Source of the DNA: an uncultured Desulfosarcina sp.
GTDB lineage: Bacteria > Desulfobacterota > Desulfobacteria > Desulfobacterales > Desulfosarcinaceae
Direction: 5' to 3'
Length of the DNA: 64,000 nucleotides
NCBI GenBank assembly: GCA_963674945.2
Contig: CAXXWQ010000004.1
Span: 2,208,001-2,272,000, forward strand
The notes under the pieces were generated by a model. That model did no database searches. It was not told the DNA's origin and worked only from the letters and a program-made list of their open reading frames with translations. A program made the translations under genes and the position numbers. This document shows positions 32,120-41,680 of the stretch, piece by piece; positions within the stretch are counted from its first letter, which is position 1; the number at the start of each line of letters is the position of its first letter.

Positions 32120-32383
32120 GACGGCTTCGTAAAAAGTTCGAGATTAAGGCTTGCGAGTCCCGAGGAATGAGGCGTACATAGAGTACGCCGCAGTGACGAG
32201 GGGTGAAGCGTAACGCAGATATCCGACGTCTAAGGAACTCGTTCATTTTTCCACTTAAAGGGGACTTTTCTATAAAAAGCTTTTCCCTCGCTTACATCTA
32301 TCTGCAAAGGAAATGATAACGAGTTTCTTGCACGCGATTGTTTGGCCGTATTTGGCCTGGAAAAGCTTTTTACGAAGCCGTTA
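32120..32383 (+). repeat. Repeat family A, copy 2, interrupted by an insert of about 138 bp
   Basis: Matches copy 1 from 32120 to 32227; right IR CTTTTTACGAAGCCGT resumes at 32366. Confidence 0.85.
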
Positions 32384-32401
32384 AGCAAAGGAGTATTTAC
32401 G

Positions 32402-32749
32402 ATGGCAGTCATTACAAAGTATGTGGTGGTTCGAAATGGTGAAGAACTGGACAAGGAGTTCCTGGTAAAAAAAGAGGCCGAAGCCTACGATAAAATGCTC
32501 GATGCGGCGGAAAATCTTGCCGCGTACATCAAGGATTCCGGACCAAAAGTCGGCATCGACGACGATACAATCGATGCGATTTGTGTCTTCCTGGCGAAAA
32601 ACGGCCCCGAAGTCACCCGAATTCTAAAGGGCCTGAAACCCGCTACCCCCTCCCCGGAACCGTCCCAAACCGAAAAAGAGAAAGAACCCTCGTCCTCGCC
32701 TACCACAAAGAAGGCCCCCGCTGCAAAGACGAAACCCAAAGGCAAATAG
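32402..32749 (+). CDS. yebG: YebG-family protein with Pro/Lys-rich tail
   Basis: MAVITKYVVVRNGEE...KKEAEAYDKMLD matches the YebG pattern; AAGGAG RBS. Confidence 0.8.
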   Translation: MAVITKYVVVRNGEELDKEFLVKKEAEAYDKMLDAAENLAAYIKDSGPKVGIDDDTIDAICVFLAKNGPEVTRILKGLKPATPSPEPSQTEKEKEPSSSPTTKKAPAAKTKPKGK

Positions 32750-32758
32750 CCGTTGTCC

Positions 32759-32992
32759 ATGGACACCATTTCCAAAAAGGAAGCCGATCGGTGGGACCGT
32801 GTGCTTGACGCCGCCGCCGAACTGGCCGATCTCATCGAATCCAGCGAAATCGAGATCGGCGAGTACGATCTGGAAGAGCTGACGATTTTTCTCGCTTCCA
32901 ACGCCGCCGTCGTCCGTCAGATATTTCGGAGCCTCAAACGGACCCGGTCGTCACACCCCCCTGCTTCTCATGGCGACGATAATCACGGATGA
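32759..32992 (+). CDS. Second YebG-like protein, shorter at the N-terminus
   Basis: SKKEADRWDRVLDAAAELADLI...LEELTIFLASN aligns with the preceding ORF. Confidence 0.65.
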   Translation: MDTISKKEADRWDRVLDAAAELADLIESSEIEIGEYDLEELTIFLASNAAVVRQIFRSLKRTRSSHPPASHGDDNHG

Positions 32993-33046
32993 TGGGATTC
33001 ATCCATAGGGATGAATGCGAACAGAGAACCGAAAAAGGAGAAAAAC

Positions 33047-33388
33047 ATGCCATATTTTTCCATTCGGACCAGCAAGACCGTGAATGAGCCCGAAAAACTG
33101 GCCCGGAAGGCGTCGGCATTCATTGCCGATCTCGTTGGAAAACCCGAGTCCTATGTCATGGCGGCCGTTCTTCCGGATACGGCCATGACTTTTGGCGGCA
33201 GCGCCCAACCGTCTGCCTTCATCGAGCTGAAAAGCCTCGGACTTGCGGAAGAGAAGTGCAGTCCGTATGCGGAAAAGATCTGCGCCTTCGTTCAAGCGGA
33301 GCTGGAGATCGAACCGAACCGTATCTTCATCGACTTTCCGGATATTCAGCGAACGCGGTTCGCCTGGAATGGAAAGACCTTCGGATAA
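33047..33388 (+). CDS. MIF/phenylpyruvate tautomerase family protein
   Basis: N-terminal MP (catalytic Pro1), GKPESYVM, IELKSLG, AWNGKTF; AAGGAG RBS. Confidence 0.9.
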   Translation: MPYFSIRTSKTVNEPEKLARKASAFIADLVGKPESYVMAAVLPDTAMTFGGSAQPSAFIELKSLGLAEEKCSPYAEKICAFVQAELEIEPNRIFIDFPDIQRTRFAWNGKTFG

Positions 33389-33406
33389 ACCATGGATGAG
33401 GGATTA

Positions 33407-33817
33407 TTAGAACTCGGGCGGTGCGGTCTGCAGCATCCAGGCTTTTCTATCTTCTGTATATCGCCACGTTTGTTCATACTGGATTTTCTTCACGATGCCC
33501 TTGTCAAGGAAAAAGTATTCGGTCTCTATTTTCTGACTTACTTCCTGCTTGTCTTCTGATATATCCGTGTCGAGTATCGTGTATTTGACGATTTTCACAT
33601 TATCGTAGCGTTCCACGCAGTCATCCCTGTCCATTATTGTCGGTGAGACGAACTGGCAGGCGGCATTGAAATCAGATAATCGCATGGTCGAATCGTAGGC
33701 GAACATGTTTCGTTCATATTCGTCCATTCTCGACTGACTGGAAAGGGCCGCACATCCCGCCGTCAGCAGACAGAAAAAAGATAGGCCGATGATTTTCTTT
33801 ATTTCAAAATGAGACAT
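33407..33817 (-). CDS. Hypothetical lipoprotein
   Basis: Lipobox LTAGC after a hydrophobic stretch; AAGGAG upstream. Confidence 0.75.
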   Translation of the reverse strand: MSHFEIKKIIGLSFFCLLTAGCAALSSQSRMDEYERNMFAYDSTMRLSDFNAACQFVSPTIMDRDDCVERYDNVKIVKYTILDTDISEDKQEVSQKIETEYFFLDKGIVKKIQYEQTWRYTEDRKAWMLQTAPPEF

Positions 33818-34169
33818 TTCGATGGCAGACTCCTTTTTATCGGTAATATTTTTCAAAAATGGCCAATTTTTCCAGTTCTATATGAACACGGATCCATGGT
33901 AACGGTCATAATCGGAAGGTAGTGCGATTGTCAATGAAGACCGTTATGACCTACATAAAAGAGTCCCATCCGTGCTCAGTGACGGCGAATTCAGGTAACT
34001 GCTCTTTGATATAGACCCTTTATGGTCTATGCTATTGCAAAGGCTTGAAAAAACCCCTTCGCCGGCATATGGAGGACCTTGGGTGCACGAATTCAATTTT
34101 TCCTCATTTTGTGGTAACGAAATTAGATCGAATGTCATCATCGAATACCCTAAGACCATGGGATCTTTT

Positions 34170-35612
34170 ATGACGCGCCGCTTTATTACCACACTGACGA
34201 TCATGCTCTGCCTGTTTTCGCCTGTGAGTCAGGCAAGCATACGCCACCCTCTCGATGGTCACCTGACGGACAACTACACCGGTGATCTGAATGAATTGTT
34301 GGAAAGAAAATACATCCGGGTGCTGACCACTTACAACAGGACCAATTTTTTCCTGGCCAATGGAAGGCTGCGGGGATTCGAGTACGCGCTCGTCCAGAGG
34401 TATCAGAAAGCACTCAATAAAAATATCCCGAAAAAGGAGCTTCAAGTCGTGTTCGAATTCATTCCGGTATCCCGCGATCGCCTGATTTCCGGTCTGATCG
34501 AAGGGTACGGCGACATTGCCGCAGCGGGTCTCACCGTCACTGCCGAAAGAAAGCAAAAGGTCGACTTCACGACTGCCTATCTCAGCGGCATCGATGAAGT
34601 CCTCGTAACATACAAAACGGTTCCCGCCGTTTCAACGCCCTCGGCGCTTGCCGGAAAAAGCCTTTATATACGTAAGAGCAGCAGTTATTACGAAAGTGTG
34701 ATGGCACTTAACAGGCGGCTTCGTGAACAGGGAAAACGGCCGGTACAAATCCTACGTGCCGATGAGAACCTTGAGACGGAGGATATCCTGGAACTGGTGA
34801 ACATCGGTGCCATCTCCCAAACCGTCTGCGACAGTCATATGGCCGATGCGTGGGCGGAGGTTCTCCCGGATATTCGGGTCAATCATAACGTTCGTTTCCG
34901 GCAAGGTGGAAAAATCGCCTGGGCCATCCGGAAACACAGCCCAAAACTCAAAGAGAGCCTGGACCGATTCATCCGGTCCCATCGAAAAGGGACCTTGTTG
35001 GGTAACATTTATTTCAATCGCTATTTTGAAAACACGTCGTGGATAAAAAACCCGCTGGACGGTGGAGCCGAAAAACGCCTGGCCACTTATGCCCCACTGT
35101 TTAAAACCTATGGTGAACAATATGGTTTCGACTGGCGTCTGATCGCCGCCATGGCCTATCAGGAATCCGGCTTTAATAATAACAAGGTCAGCCCACGAGG
35201 CGCCGTGGGGATCATGCAGATTCGACCCGCCACCGCCGCCGACCCCAACGTGGGGATCACCGATATTCGCAATTTGGAGAACAACATCAACGCCGGGACC
35301 AAGTATCTCTCGTTTCTTCAAAGCCGTTATTTTGACGATGCAAAGATCCCTCTCCAGGACCAGGTCCGCTTCAGCCTGGCAGCGTATAACGCAGGTCCGG
35401 TCAAGATCCGCCGCGGACGTAATATGGCAAAGGATATGGGTCTGGACCCCAATCGATGGTTTCGAAACGTGGAGATCGCCATGCTCGAAGTCGTCGGGCA
35501 GGAGACAGTCCGGTACGTGAGCAACATCAATAAATATTATGTGGTATACAAAAATGCCTTCGAGCGGGTCGAAAAACGAAAAGAAGCCATTTTGGACGCG
35601 GAAAGAAAATAA
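34170..35612 (+). CDS. mltF: MltF-type lytic transglycosylase (solute-binding domain + SLT domain)
   Basis: GFEYAL, GDIAAAGLT, AYQESGF, GAVGIMQI, AAYNAG, ETVRYV; start 34158 or 34170. Confidence 0.85.
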   Translation: MTRRFITTLTIMLCLFSPVSQASIRHPLDGHLTDNYTGDLNELLERKYIRVLTTYNRTNFFLANGRLRGFEYALVQRYQKALNKNIPKKELQVVFEFIPVSRDRLISGLIEGYGDIAAAGLTVTAERKQKVDFTTAYLSGIDEVLVTYKTVPAVSTPSALAGKSLYIRKSSSYYESVMALNRRLREQGKRPVQILRADENLETEDILELVNIGAISQTVCDSHMADAWAEVLPDIRVNHNVRFRQGGKIAWAIRKHSPKLKESLDRFIRSHRKGTLLGNIYFNRYFENTSWIKNPLDGGAEKRLATYAPLFKTYGEQYGFDWRLIAAMAYQESGFNNNKVSPRGAVGIMQIRPATAADPNVGITDIRNLENNINAGTKYLSFLQSRYFDDAKIPLQDQVRFSLAAYNAGPVKIRRGRNMAKDMGLDPNRWFRNVEIAMLEVVGQETVRYVSNINKYYVVYKNAFERVEKRKEAILDAERK

Positions 35613-35625
35613 TATGGAGGATCCA

Positions 35626-38139
35626 ATGCCCCAACCCGTCACACCAATTGCCTATCGTCTCACCATCGAACCGGACCTGGATCGTTTCGATTTCAGCGGT
35701 CGGGTGACCCTTTCCGCCAATGCCCAGGCCACTTTGGATACGATTACCCTGGACTGTGCGGAACTGGCCGTCGAAAAGTGCCAACTGGCGGTGAATGGCC
35801 CGGATGGGAAAAATGTATCGTGCCCCTTTACCCTGTATCCGGAAAAGGAGAATCTCACCATCCATTTTGCCGAACCCGTAACCGGCGAATTCGACCTGAC
35901 CATTGACTATGCGGGAAAAATCAACGATCGTATGGCCGGTTTTTATCGAAGCCGCATCGGTGTCGACGGCGGGCCGTCTCACATCGCCATCACCCAGTTT
36001 CAGGAAAGCGATGCCCGTCGCGCCTTTCCCTGCCTGGATCATCCAGCGCAAAAGGCGATCTTCTCCGTCTGCCTGGTAATCGAAAATGCGCTGACCGCCA
36101 TTTCAAATACCGATGTGCAACGTGTCGAGGCACTGGAAAACGGAAAACGCCGCATCACCTTTCATCCCACGCCAAAGATGTCCACCTATCTTCTGTTCTT
36201 CGGCGTGGGCCCATTTGAAATCCATGAAGATCCTGTCGATCCAAGGGTTCGTGCCGTCTGTCTGCCGAAAATGGGAGACCAGACCGAATTCGGGCGGGAA
36301 TTCGGACGAAAGGCCCTGGCCTACGGCGAATCATATTACGGGATTGACTACCCGCTGACCAAGATGGATCTGATCGCCGTCCCCGATTTCGCCTTCGGCG
36401 CCATGGAGAACTGGGGCGCCATCACCTTCCGGGAAAATCTATTGCTCAATGTGCCCGGCGTGACTTCGAGGGAAGCACAGTCTCGAATCTGCGAGGTGAT
36501 CGCCCACGAGATCGCCCATCAATGGTTCGGCAACCTGGTAACGCCAAAAAGATGGAAGTACCTGTGGCTGAACGAAAGCTTCGCCACCTACTTCGGATAT
36601 GGCATGGTGAACCATTACCACCGTGACTGGGGGGTGTGGCACCAGTTCGTCAGGGGACAGACCGAAACGGCCATGACCCGGGATGCCTTTATGGAAACAT
36701 TTGCCATCGAGATGCCGGGAGGAACGGATGTGGCCATCACCACCAGTACGGCGCCCATCATCTACAGCAAAGGAGGCAGTGTCCTGCGGCAGTTGGAGGC
36801 CTGGATTGGTCCAGATCATTTTAAAGCGGGTCTCAGGCGGTATCTGACGGCCTTCGCATACGATTGTGCCGCCAGCCATCATCTTTGGGAGTCATTTGCC
36901 ACCGTCTCCGGCATGCCTGTCGACAAATTGATGCAAAATTGGGTCACCCAACCGGGTTTTCCCATGATCATCGCCGACCGCCAAGGCGACACCATCACCC
37001 TTTCCCAGCGGCGATTCTCCTTTATTCCCAACGATGAGGAACAAAGATGGATGATTCCCGTATCCGTGACGACTTACACAACAGATGGCGCGCCAGAGAA
37101 AAAGACACTGTTGATGGAGACGGCAAACGCCGAGATGACCCTTTCCCCGGAAACGGTAACGTACAAGATCAACACCGATCAGACCGGTTTTTACCATGTG
37201 CTCTACCGGGATGCGGACAATCTGACCCGACTGGGTGATATGGTGAAAAAAGGAACCCTTTCTCCCCTGGACCGGTGGGGATTGCAGAACGACCTGTTTG
37301 CCCTGGCCAAGGCAGGAGACGCCACCATGATGGAGTTTTTGCACATGGCCAACAACTTTTTTAGCGATCACGATTACTTGCCAATTTCCAGCCTGATCGG
37401 CCACCTGTTCGAGACCATTATGGTACTGACGGGAGATATTCGATCCAGGGCCGTTCAGACGGCTGAGACGCTGACCATTTCTGCTCTCGATACCATCGGT
37501 TGGGCACCCGATTCCAGAGAATCCCAGACAACAGCCATGCTACGGGACCAGCTTTTTGCCCAAGGCGCGTTGATGGGCAATGGCAAAATTCTCGACTATC
37601 TGGCCGACCTTTTTGATGCCTGGTCAAACGGAACCGCCATTGTCCCCGATCTGGCAAGGAGTGTGCTCACCGCCGGTGCCGTTTCCAAAGGACAGACAGC
37701 TCTGGATCTTTTGGTTCGTCGTTTTGAAAAAAGTCACACCGAGCATGAGCGCATGACCATCGCGGGAGCACTGGGAAGTATCGGCAAATGGCCGGTCCTG
37801 AAGAAAGCACTGGCCTATGCACTGGAAACAATTCCGGACCGTATTCGCTTCATGCCCCTGGTATCGTCGGCCGGTAACCCGGCGGGTGCAGACCGGCTCT
37901 GGCATTGGTTTGAAGAAAACATGCCAGCCATGCAACGCATGCACCCCTTGCTGCTGGAACGGGTTGTGGCGGCCATGGTCCCCGTTCCCGGCCTGGCGGA
38001 CCCGGATCGAACCCGCAGTTACTGCAATGGACTGGTGGAGAAACAGCCTCGACTCAAGGATGTGATCGCACTTTCCCTGGAGCGCCTTAGCGTTAACATG
38101 GGATGGCGCGACCGAGAACGAAATATGACGGCTCCGTAA
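35626..38139 (+). CDS. pepN: M1 family aminopeptidase
   Basis: GAMEN, HEIAH, WLNESFA, YSKG; GGAGG RBS before ATG 35626. Confidence 0.93.
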   Translation: MPQPVTPIAYRLTIEPDLDRFDFSGRVTLSANAQATLDTITLDCAELAVEKCQLAVNGPDGKNVSCPFTLYPEKENLTIHFAEPVTGEFDLTIDYAGKINDRMAGFYRSRIGVDGGPSHIAITQFQESDARRAFPCLDHPAQKAIFSVCLVIENALTAISNTDVQRVEALENGKRRITFHPTPKMSTYLLFFGVGPFEIHEDPVDPRVRAVCLPKMGDQTEFGREFGRKALAYGESYYGIDYPLTKMDLIAVPDFAFGAMENWGAITFRENLLLNVPGVTSREAQSRICEVIAHEIAHQWFGNLVTPKRWKYLWLNESFATYFGYGMVNHYHRDWGVWHQFVRGQTETAMTRDAFMETFAIEMPGGTDVAITTSTAPIIYSKGGSVLRQLEAWIGPDHFKAGLRRYLTAFAYDCAASHHLWESFATVSGMPVDKLMQNWVTQPGFPMIIADRQGDTITLSQRRFSFIPNDEEQRWMIPVSVTTYTTDGAPEKKTLLMETANAEMTLSPETVTYKINTDQTGFYHVLYRDADNLTRLGDMVKKGTLSPLDRWGLQNDLFALAKAGDATMMEFLHMANNFFSDHDYLPISSLIGHLFETIMVLTGDIRSRAVQTAETLTISALDTIGWAPDSRESQTTAMLRDQLFAQGALMGNGKILDYLADLFDAWSNGTAIVPDLARSVLTAGAVSKGQTALDLLVRRFEKSHTEHERMTIAGALGSIGKWPVLKKALAYALETIPDRIRFMPLVSSAGNPAGADRLWHWFEENMPAMQRMHPLLLERVVAAMVPVPGLADPDRTRSYCNGLVEKQPRLKDVIALSLERLSVNMGWRDRERNMTAP

Positions 38140-38192
38140 AAAATCTCTTTTGATTTGTATTGATGAATGAGTTTTCTATAAGTTTGAAAAAA

Positions 38193-39572
38193 ATGAGAAG
38201 CCAGAATACTTCTTTCAACCCTTCCAGGATCTTCATGGTGGACGGTTTGCGAAGGTTTTGGGCTACGGTTCTGATCCTTTCGTTTCTTTTGGTACTTGCC
38301 GGTGCCTTGGCCATCCCCTTTGTCTTCGAATCGCCTTCCATGTGGTACAAATTCGGCATGGAGAAAATCAGCCTGCGAAGCGGAAAAATGATGGGCATGG
38401 CCGCAGGCCTTCTTCTTCTGGTCCAGCTCCCGCTGGCCGGCAGGCTAAAGACACTGGATCGCATCTTCTCTTTGCCCCTTCTCATGCGGCAGCATCGTAT
38501 CCATGCATGGGCGGTCTTTGTGCTGGCACTGCTTCATCCATTTTGTGTGCTGCTGGCCGAGGGTACGATCGTGGTTCCTCTCGAGGCGCGCTACTGGCCG
38601 GAGTGGATCGGGGTGGCCCTTTGGGTCTTCGTCCTGGTTCAGTTCGTTACCAGCCGGTGGCGAAAACCATTGGGCATCTCCTTTCACCGGTGGCTGATGT
38701 TTCACCGTTTCATTGGATTGCTGGTAGCAATTCTCCTGGTTCTTCATGTCTTGTATGTAAGCGAAACGTTTACCGATGAGGAAATTCCCAGCCGTTGGGT
38801 GCTCGTCACCGCTACTCTTTTTGGAGTGGTTTGGCTGTGGGTGCGAACCGGCCGGTTCCGTCAGCGCAAAAACAGATATACGGTGTCCCGTATCGAACCG
38901 ACGGGAAGCGACGCCACCATGGTGGAAATGGCACCCGTATCACCAGGATCATTTACCTATGCTCCCGGGCAATTCGCCTTCCTCTCCTTTCACAATACGG
39001 CCATCTCCAAAGAGCCCCACCCCTTTACCGTCGCCTCGGCACCCAACGAAAATGGAACGCTTCAATTCGTAATTCGATCCTGTGGCGACTGGACACGGAA
39101 ACTGGAGTACATAAGGCCCGGCGATAAGGTCCTGGTCCAGGGACCCTTCGGTCATTTCAGCCACCTGTATGCCGCCGCGGATCAGGAATTGATCTTCATC
39201 GCCGGGGGAATCGGCATCACCCCCATGCTCAGCATGCTCCGTTTCATGGCCGATCGGGAAGATACGCGGCCCGTCACCCTCATCTGGAGCAACCGAAGCC
39301 CGGAACACATCGTCCTTGCCGAAGAGATGGATCGGCTGGCCGACAAATTGACAGGCCTGCACCGGGTTCCTATCTTTACGCGTAATACGACCATAGAGGA
39401 GCGTAGCGGTCGATTGAACCGAACCATGTTGGCGTCGATCCTTTCAGGATGCAGCCGACGCGCTGCCGTTTTCATCTGCGGGCCATATCCGATGATGGCC
39501 CGGTTGAAAGCGGATCTAAGGGCACTGGGCTTTCCCACCGGTTCCATTTTCAGTGAAGCATTTGGCCTTTAG
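38193..39572 (+). CDS. Ferric reductase-like transmembrane domain fused to FAD/NAD-binding oxidoreductase
   Basis: Multiple TMs with paired His, HPFT, AGGIGITP, FICGP, terminal EAF; start uncertain. Confidence 0.88.
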   Translation: MRSQNTSFNPSRIFMVDGLRRFWATVLILSFLLVLAGALAIPFVFESPSMWYKFGMEKISLRSGKMMGMAAGLLLLVQLPLAGRLKTLDRIFSLPLLMRQHRIHAWAVFVLALLHPFCVLLAEGTIVVPLEARYWPEWIGVALWVFVLVQFVTSRWRKPLGISFHRWLMFHRFIGLLVAILLVLHVLYVSETFTDEEIPSRWVLVTATLFGVVWLWVRTGRFRQRKNRYTVSRIEPTGSDATMVEMAPVSPGSFTYAPGQFAFLSFHNTAISKEPHPFTVASAPNENGTLQFVIRSCGDWTRKLEYIRPGDKVLVQGPFGHFSHLYAAADQELIFIAGGIGITPMLSMLRFMADREDTRPVTLIWSNRSPEHIVLAEEMDRLADKLTGLHRVPIFTRNTTIEERSGRLNRTMLASILSGCSRRAAVFICGPYPMMARLKADLRALGFPTGSIFSEAFGL

Positions 39573-39694
39573 ATTTTTGTACCATCGACCGGCGTAAACG
39601 ACATAAGACAATAAAAATAAACGCCATATCTTGAGGCCCGGCTGTAGGCTCCGCCTGGAAAGGGGATTCACGCTGATCGCGAAATATTGGGGGC

Positions 39695-39890
39695 GTCAGA
39701 AGTCTGTATTCAGGAGCCAGAATGTAGTTAGTGTCGCTTCGCTCCTTTGATTGGATAGGATGGCTCGCGCCGAAGGCGAAATCCTTCTTCTGAATTCTCG
39801 TATGAAACTACGCCAAAATGGCATAGTTACAGTTGTCGTTCAAACCGGCCAAAGGTCGGCGGCAGCGCTGGATTCTGACTCCTGAATTCT
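39695..39890. repeat. Family C element, copy 2 (inverted), with nested insert of about 73 bp
   Basis: Aligns to the reverse complement of 18645-18779; extra block 39799-39871 flanked by ATTCT on both sides. Confidence 0.75.
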
Positions 39891-39982
39891 TATGACAATA
39901 TTGCGACTGCGCCATTTATCTTTCGACCTGGCCCAGAGAGAAAGGTCCTATGGATTGAAAGAACTCACTATAGGAGGTACAT

Positions 39983-40579
39983 ATGAAAAAAAATTTTAAG
40001 AATGCATTGTTGGTCCTGTTTCTGATCGCTTTTTCCGCGTCGGCCCAAGCCAAGGCGCCACAATGGGAATTGGACCCGGCCCACTCCGGCATCTATTTCG
40101 GTGTGAACCACATCTACTCGACAACACGAGGCTATTTCGAGGATTTTACAGGCACGGTGATGTTCTCGCCCGATGACCTTGCCGGCAGCCGCTTCGATTT
40201 CCAGGTGATGGTAAAAAGCATAAACACGGGAAACGGAAAGCGCGACGGACACCTGAACTCCGGTGATTTTTTCGATGCGAAGAAATACCCGAAGATGACA
40301 TTCACATCTACCAAAGTAAAACACAAAAAAGACAACATGTACGAGGTGGAAGGAAGGTTGACGGTAAAAGATGTCACCAAACCAATTTCGGTGCCCTTTA
40401 CCTTGCTTGGAGTGAAGGAGCACCCCTTCGACAAAGGCTCAAAAGTTGCCGGATTCGAGGCCCGCATGACCATCGACCGTCTGGCCTACCATGTGGGAGG
40501 CGGCAAGTTTTACGACATGGGAGTGGTGGGAAAGGATGTGGACGTGCTCATCACCCTGGAGGTCACTCGGAAAAAGTAA
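39983..40579 (+). CDS. yceI: YceI-family periplasmic lipid-binding protein
   Basis: Signal peptide, WELDPAHS, RDGHL..DFFD..KYP, GRLTVKDVTK; AGGAGG RBS. Confidence 0.9.
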   Translation: MKKNFKNALLVLFLIAFSASAQAKAPQWELDPAHSGIYFGVNHIYSTTRGYFEDFTGTVMFSPDDLAGSRFDFQVMVKSINTGNGKRDGHLNSGDFFDAKKYPKMTFTSTKVKHKKDNMYEVEGRLTVKDVTKPISVPFTLLGVKEHPFDKGSKVAGFEARMTIDRLAYHVGGGKFYDMGVVGKDVDVLITLEVTRKK

Positions 40580-40698
40580 TGTATTTGATTCCTCACTCAC
40601 TGCATAGGAGATCAATTGCCGAACGGCCGCGAGATGGCCTGCATCTCGCGGTCCGGTGCAAAGCAGGGGTGGCGTCAAAATTAGATTCCTTTTCATAC

Positions 40699-40768
40699 AT
40701 ATAAAGTCGCGCATAACCTGCGGGGAAGAGCCGGATGGTTTTCCCCGCAGGTTATGCGCTTGTTATGT
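40699..40768 (-). other. Degenerate integron attC site
   Basis: Minus strand: ACATAAC (contains the GNAT stop TAA), 19-bp perfect stem GCGCATAACCTGCGGGGAA/TTCCCCGCAGGTTATGCGC, then TTTATAT where GTTRRRY is expected. Confidence 0.65.
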
Positions 40769-40935
40769 GGTGATTTCACATTTCATTAATAAACAACCGT
40801 GTTCATGTTTAATAAACTCATTTCCTCGTAATTCAACCTTCTGTACAACTTCGAATCCAGTACTTTCATAAAGAGGTATTGACAATGTGTTATCTGCGAA
40901 GACGATTAGACTCAGTGCACTGTATCCATACCGGA
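40763..40935 (-). pseudogene. 3' fragment of a GNAT acetyltransferase cassette gene
   Basis: LSLIVFADNTLSIPLYESTGFEVV GNAT C-terminal motif; no N-terminal half; AT-rich; stop inside attC. Confidence 0.7.
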
Positions 40936-41267
40936 CGGATCGGGCGGCTCTCCCTGGAAAAGAGCATCTCAATTGTCATGCCGGAATTGCCGTATTTGAA
41001 GTATTAAATCGACGGGTTAATAAGTGAAAAAACGAGGTCTGAGTTTTTCCGCTTCCCGGGCCGGCCGCGTCAAAACCGGACCGACGCAGCTTGGTGGGTG
41101 TGAATAGATATCACTTTCTTACGCTACCATAGAAGGCGGCTTCCTGATTGTAGCGAAATGGGGTCACCCATTAAAGGGCGACCCCAAGCCCATAGTGCCG
41201 TCGGACCACTTGTCATTCTTTTCGGTCAAGTTGTTCAGTATCGTCATTCCAATGAAAGGTTTATCCT

Positions 41268-41669
41268 TCAATTTTCTTTTGCAATAAATTCTGCGACTTC
41301 TTGCCACCAACGCAGTTCTGATTCTACCGGTACTTCATTGTGTCCGGCATTCTCAAACAGCCATAGCTTCTTCTCTATAGTTATTGATTCATACAGATTT
41401 CTTCCATGTTTCACTGGAATAACTTCGTCGTTTTTGGCGAGCAAAACGGCTATTCTTCCATTATATCTTTTCAAATTATCAATGTTGTTATACTTGTCCT
41501 TAACCAACCACCGAGTTGGAAAGTACCAGTAGTGTGTTTGAGCCAAATTCGGTAGCGTATCCCAAGGCAAAAAAAGAACTACTCCTTTGACAGAAATCTC
41601 AGTTTGACCGACAGCGTTAGACACAACGCCACATCCAAGTGACTCACCCCAGATGAATAGCGGTTCTCC
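41268..41669 (-). pseudogene. 5'-truncated alpha/beta hydrolase
   Basis: Frame extends upstream of the tracked ORF to GEPLFIWGESLG (GxSxG), with NDEVIP and AGHNE; N-terminus lost at 41680. Confidence 0.8.
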
Positions 41670-41680
41670 CGCGCTCGGCC

